From: Solirubrobacterales bacterium | GTDB taxonomy: Bacteria; Actinomycetota; Thermoleophilia; Solirubrobacterales; 70-9 | Reading direction: 5' to 3' | DNA length: 64,000 nt | NCBI GenBank assembly: GCA_050697155.1 | Contig: JBOGZD010000001.1 | Coordinates: 3,670-67,669, forward strand | The notes under the pieces: model-generated | What the model was told of the DNA's origin: nothing | Databases searched by the model: none | The model's input: the letters and a program-made list of their open reading frames with translations, nothing else | Shown: positions 60,005 through 64,000 of the stretch, in pieces | Numbering within the stretch: the first letter of the stretch is position 1 | Layout of the letters: each line of letters starts with the position of its first letter | Made by a program: the position numbers and the translations under genes

Positions 60005-61198
60005 TCAGAGCGAGCCCGCGAGCCGCTCGAGCGCCTCGTCGACTTCCGGCTCGCCGATCACGAGCGGAGGCAGCAGCCGCAGCATCCGCTCGCCCGGGAC
60101 GTTGATCACCAGCCCGCGCTCGAGGGCGCGATTGCCAACCGCGGCCGCGTCGATGCCCTCGGCGAGCGTGACCCCGGCCATCAGCCCGCGGCCGCGGACC
60201 TCGGCGACCCCGTCGAGCGCGCCGAGGTCCGAGCGCAGCCGCTCGCCGGTGTGGCGCGAGCGCGCCAGCAACGCCTCGTCGTCGATCACCTCGAGCGCCG
60301 CCAGCGCCGCTGCGGCGGCGATCGGCCCGCCGGCGAAGGTCGAGCCGTGCTCGCCGCGTCCGAGCCCCTCGCCGACCTCCGGCGTGGTCACGATCGCGCC
60401 CACCGGCAGCCCGCCGCCGAGCGCCTTCGCCGCGGTGAGCACGTCGGGGGCGACCGGAAGCTGCTCGTATGCCCATAGCGACCCGGTCCTCCCCATTCCG
60501 GTCTGGATCTCGTCGAAGACCAGGAGCGCCCCGGCGGCGTCGCATGCCTCGCGCGCGGCCGCGATCACCTCGTCGGCGACCGGGAACACGCCCGCCTCGC
60601 CCTGGATCGGCTCCAGCATCACCGCCGCGGTGCGCTCGCCGACGGTGGCGCGAATCGCGTCGGGATCGTCGCGCCGGACCGAGACGAAGCCGGCGGGCAG
60701 CGGGCCGAAGAGGTCCTCGCGGGCGAGGCGCGGGGTCGCCGCCAGCGCGGCCAGTGTGCGGCCGTGGAAGGCGTGGTCGAGGACGACGATCTCGGGCGAC
60801 TCGATACCGCGCTCGTGCGCGTGCCTGCGGACCAGCTTGATCGCACCCTCGTTTGCCTCAGTGCCGGTGTTGGCGAGGAAGACCCTCCCGCCGAGGCTCG
60901 ATTCCGAGAGTCGCTCGGCCAGCCGCAGGTTCGGCTCGGAGTAATAGAGATTCGAGCTTCCCGCGAATCGCTCGGCCTGGTCGCGGATCGCCGCGACGAT
61001 TCGCGGATGGCAGTGGCCGGCGTTGTGGACGGACAGGCCGGCGAAGAAGTCGAGGTACTCGCGGCCCTCGGAGTCCCACAGCCTCGCGCCCTCGCCGCGC
61101 ACGAACTCGACCGGAGCGCGCGTGTAGGTGGGCATCGCGTAGCGCCCCTCCAGCCGTTGAAGCGCGGCGATCTTCTCCCCGGCGGCGGTCCCGGTCAC
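60005..61198 (-). CDS. argD: Acetylornithine aminotransferase
   Basis: GTGA overlap with the argB stop. MPTYTRAPVEFVRGEGARLWDSEGREYLDF, DEIQTGMGRTG, AKALGGG (PLP lysine). Confidence 0.92.
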   Translation of the reverse strand: MTGTAAGEKIAALQRLEGRYAMPTYTRAPVEFVRGEGARLWDSEGREYLDFFAGLSVHNAGHCHPRIVAAIRDQAERFAGSSNLYYSEPNLRLAERLSESSLGGRVFLANTGTEANEGAIKLVRRHAHERGIESPEIVVLDHAFHGRTLAALAATPRLAREDLFGPLPAGFVSVRRDDPDAIRATVGERTAAVMLEPIQGEAGVFPVADEVIAAAREACDAAGALLVFDEIQTGMGRTGSLWAYEQLPVAPDVLTAAKALGGGLPVGAIVTTPEVGEGLGRGEHGSTFAGGPIAAAAALAALEVIDDEALLARSRHTGERLRSDLGALDGVAEVRGRGLMAGVTLAEGIDAAAVGNRALERGLVINVPGERMLRLLPPLVIGEPEVDEALERLAGSL

Positions 61199-62058
61199 GG
61201 CGTGACCATGGTCCCGATCCCCGCGTTGGTGAACAGCTCGAGCAGCAGCGAGTGCGGGCGGCGGCCGTCGATGATGTGCGCCGAGCCGACCCCGCCCCGG
61301 ATCGCCTCGACGCAGCCGGCGAGCTTTGGCCGCATCCCGCCCTCGATCGCGTCCAGGGCGGCCGTGACCTGATCCACCGAGGCGCCGGAGATCAGCGACC
61401 CCTGGTCCTCGGGATCGTCCAGCCATCCCGAGACGTCGGTGAGGAAGATCGCCTTGTGGGCGCGCAGCGCCGCCGCGACCTTGCCGGCCGCCGCGTCGGC
61501 GTTGACGTTGTAGGAGTTGCCGTCGCGGTCGACGCCGGCGGAAGCGATCACCGGGATGTAGTCGCCGGCGATGTGGTTGAGCACGTCGACGTCGACGCGC
61601 TCGATCTCGCCGACCAGGCCGACCTCGTCGGCGTTTGGATGGGGCGAGATCGCAAACAGCGCCCCGTCCTCGCCCGAGAGCCCGACGGCGGGCTGGCCGT
61701 GACGGTTGAGCCGCATGACGATGTCGGCGTTCACCTTGCCGAGCAGGACCATCTTCGAGACCTCGACCGTCTCGGCGTCGGAGACCCGCATCCCCTCGAC
61801 GAAGCGCACCTCCATCCCCAGCCGCTCCATGTAGCGGGTGATGTCCGGACCGCCGCCGTGGACGATCACCGGGTTGAGGCCGACGTACTTGAGCAGCACT
61901 ACGTCGGTCGCGAACCCGTCGCGCAACCCCTCCTCCCGCATCGCCGCGCCGCCGTACTTGATCACCACCGTGCGCCCGTGGAACTCGCGGATGTAGGGCA
62001 ACGCCTCGAGCAGCGTCTCAACGCTGGCCTCTCCTGTTCTGGGCTGAGTCTCGGTCAT
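61195..62058 (-). CDS. argB: Acetylglutamate kinase
   Basis: LPYIREFHGRTVVIKYGGAAM, VHGGGP, NVNAD. Confidence 0.95.
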   Translation of the reverse strand: MTETQPRTGEASVETLLEALPYIREFHGRTVVIKYGGAAMREEGLRDGFATDVVLLKYVGLNPVIVHGGGPDITRYMERLGMEVRFVEGMRVSDAETVEVSKMVLLGKVNADIVMRLNRHGQPAVGLSGEDGALFAISPHPNADEVGLVGEIERVDVDVLNHIAGDYIPVIASAGVDRDGNSYNVNADAAAGKVAAALRAHKAIFLTDVSGWLDDPEDQGSLISGASVDQVTAALDAIEGGMRPKLAGCVEAIRGGVGSAHIIDGRRPHSLLLELFTNAGIGTMVTP

Positions 62059-62083
62059 CGGTCGTCTAGCGTGAACGATCCGC

Positions 62084-63250
62084 TCAGGTCCTGTACTCGG
62101 AGTTCAGGCTGACGTAATCCGGGGTCAGGTCGGAGAAGTAGATGTGGGTCCCGGCTCGGCCGCGACCGAGCCGGATCGAGATCTCGGCCTCCGGCTCGTC
62201 GGAGCCGAGCCCCTCGGCGTCGATCTCGTGCGATCCGAGATCGGCGAGCGGCTGCCCGGCGAGCGCCATCCCGGCCGCCTGGGCGACCCGGCCCCAGTTC
62301 GGATCGCGCCCGTAGAGCGCCGTCTTCACGAGCGGCGAGTTCGCCACCGCGCGGGCGACGCGCTCGGCCTCGCCGTCGGTCGCCGCCTCCGCGACGGCGA
62401 TCCGGCCGACCCTGGTCGCGCCCTCGCCGTCGGCGACGATCTCCAGCGCGAGCTGGAGCAGCACCGCCTCGAGCACGCCGGTCGGAAGCGGCGCCCGCGC
62501 GCCGCCTGTCGCCTGGAGCAGCACCGTGTCGTTGGTCGACATCTGGCCGTCGACGGTGATCCGCTCGAACGAGCCGGCGACCGCGGCGCGCAGCGCGGCC
62601 TCGGGTTGCTCGACCACGGCGTCGGTCTGGACGAAGCAGAGCATCGTCGCGAACCCCGGCTCGATCATCCCCGCCCCCTTCGCCTGCGCCGAGAGGGTTA
62701 TCCCGCCGGTGCGAACCGTGCACTGTTTCGGCGCTCGGTCGGTGGTCATGATCGCCTCGGCGAAGCGACGGCCGCCGACCGGTTCCAGCCGCTTCGCGGC
62801 GGCGGCGATTCCGGCCTCGATCCGGCCGATCGGCAGCGGCTTGCCGATCCCGCCGGTCTCGGCAACGGCCACCGACCGAACCGGCAGGGCGAGGGCGTCG
62901 GCGGCCGCGGCGCGCATGGCGAGCGCGTCCCGGTAGCCGGGCTCGCCAGTGGCGGCGTTGGCATTGCCCGAGTTGACCACCGTGCCGCGCACGGCCGCCT
63001 GGTCGAGCTCCGAGCGGCAGACCCTGACGGGCGCCGCGGCGGCGGCGTTTCGGGTCAGCAGGATCGCCGAGCGCGTCTCCGGGCTCTCGCTGAGCAGCAG
63101 GCCGAGATCGATGCCCCGTGCGCCCTTTACCCCGCAGGGCACGCCGGCGGCGCGAAACCCCGGCGCCAGCTCTGCCGGATCGGCGAGCTCGACGCCCGCC
63201 GGAGCCTCGACCCACCGCGAGCGGAAGAAGCTGTCGACCGCCGCGGTCAC
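62084..63250 (-). CDS. argJ: Bifunctional ornithine acetyltransferase / N-acetylglutamate synthase
   Basis: 388 aa. Autoprocessing site GFATMLCFVQTD. KGAGMIEP. Confidence 0.95.
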   Translation of the reverse strand: MTAAVDSFFRSRWVEAPAGVELADPAELAPGFRAAGVPCGVKGARGIDLGLLLSESPETRSAILLTRNAAAAAPVRVCRSELDQAAVRGTVVNSGNANAATGEPGYRDALAMRAAAADALALPVRSVAVAETGGIGKPLPIGRIEAGIAAAAKRLEPVGGRRFAEAIMTTDRAPKQCTVRTGGITLSAQAKGAGMIEPGFATMLCFVQTDAVVEQPEAALRAAVAGSFERITVDGQMSTNDTVLLQATGGARAPLPTGVLEAVLLQLALEIVADGEGATRVGRIAVAEAATDGEAERVARAVANSPLVKTALYGRDPNWGRVAQAAGMALAGQPLADLGSHEIDAEGLGSDEPEAEISIRLGRGRAGTHIYFSDLTPDYVSLNSEYRT

Positions 63251-64000
63251 TCGAACCCCTCGGTCTCCTCGAGTCCCAGCATCAGGTTCAGGTTCTGAAC
63301 CGCCTGGCCCGCGGCGCCCTTCCAGAGGTTGTCGATCGCCGCGAACACAACCGCGCGCCGCTCGCCCGCGAGGGTCGCCTGGATCCGGCAGAGATTGGTC
63401 TCCCGCACGTCGCGAACCCCCGGCGGGGCCTCGACCAACTCAACGAACGGGTCGCCGGCATAGCGGTCGGCGAACAGCGCGCCGAGGGCGTCCGAGTCGA
63501 TCGCCTCGGTCAGCGTCACGTAGCAGGTCGCGAGCAGCCCTTGATCGAGCGGCAGCAGGTGGGGAACGAAGGTGAGCGGGACTGCCACGCCCAACCGTTC
63601 CAGCTCCTGCTCGATCTCCGGCTGGTGGCGGTGGCCGTCGACGCCGTAGGCGAGGAAGTTCTCATCGACGTTGACGAAGCTGAGCTCGTCCCCGCGGGCG
63701 CGCCCGGCCCCCGAGACGCCCGACTTCGCGTCGACCACCACCTCGTCGACCAGCCTGCGCTCGGCGAGCGGGGCGAGGGCGAGCAGCGCCGCGGTCGGAT
63801 AGCAGCCCGGGTTCGCGACCAGCTCGGCCTCGCGGATTCGGTCGCGGGCGAGCTCGGTGAGCCCGTAGACGGCGCCCGCGAGCAGGCTGGGGTCGCCGTG
63901 TGACCCGTACCAGCGCTCGTAGGTGGAGGCGTCGACGAGCCGGAAGTCGGCGGAGAGATCGACGACCTGAATCCCCAGCCCGCGCATCTCGGCGACTACG
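63247..64000 (-). CDS. argC: N-acetyl-gamma-glutamyl-phosphate reductase, 3' part (5' end beyond the right edge)
   Basis: Active-site ANPGCYPTAALLAL, C-terminal DNLWKGAAGQAVQNLNLM. 4-nt overlap with the argJ start. Confidence 0.92.
   Translation of the reverse strand, partial: VVAEMRGLGIQVVDLSADFRLVDASTYERWYGSHGDPSLLAGAVYGLTELARDRIREAELVANPGCYPTAALLALAPLAERRLVDEVVVDAKSGVSGAGRARGDELSFVNVDENFLAYGVDGHRHQPEIEQELERLGVAVPLTFVPHLLPLDQGLLATCYVTLTEAIDSDALGALFADRYAGDPFVELVEAPPGVRDVRETNLCRIQATLAGERRAVVFAAIDNLWKGAAGQAVQNLNLMLGLEETEGFE

Overview
Very GC-rich chromosome segment, about 70% GC by eye, with actinobacterium-like gene content (possibly Thermoleophilia/Conexibacter-like; the taxon is inference only). 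No rRNA, tRNA, CRISPR array, integrase or transposase was seen.

Left third (1-26.8 kb): housekeeping genes (gltX, nfo, dnaE, sixA, argG) are interleaved with a dense signalling neighbourhood. It holds four LuxR-type HTH regulators, an OmpR-type two-component system, a STAS/PP2C-kinase partner-switch pair, a degenerate GGDEF protein, an intact HD-GYP protein, two MerR-like proteins, and a ydaO-type c-di-AMP riboswitch in front of an Rpf-like transglycosylase. It also carries cell-envelope genes: a priming sugar transferase, an O-antigen-ligase-like protein and tiny LPFTG sortase substrates.

Right two thirds (26.9-59.9 kb): one large glycan locus on both strands, lying between argG and argD-argB-argJ-argC, which all sit on the minus strand. 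It encodes three GT4 glycosyltransferases, a Wzz/BY-kinase, a Wzy-like polymerase, a Wzx flippase, a sortase, two CelD-like GNAT + ATP-grasp pairs and an oxygenase sub-cluster.

The most striking part of this locus is a heparan-sulfate-like enzyme set:
- an exostosin-type glycosyltransferase
- a glucuronyl C5-epimerase-like protein
- a CE4 deacetylase
- two PAPS-type sulfotransferases

Next to it are four tandem paralogous secreted beta-helix proteins. The operon of three of them plus a sulfotransferase is preceded by what reads as a c-di-GMP-I (GEMM-I) riboswitch.

My main candidate for an undescribed system is therefore a second-messenger-controlled pathway for a sulfated, epimerised glycosaminoglycan-like exopolysaccharide. 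All family calls come from motif recognition by eye; no searches were run.
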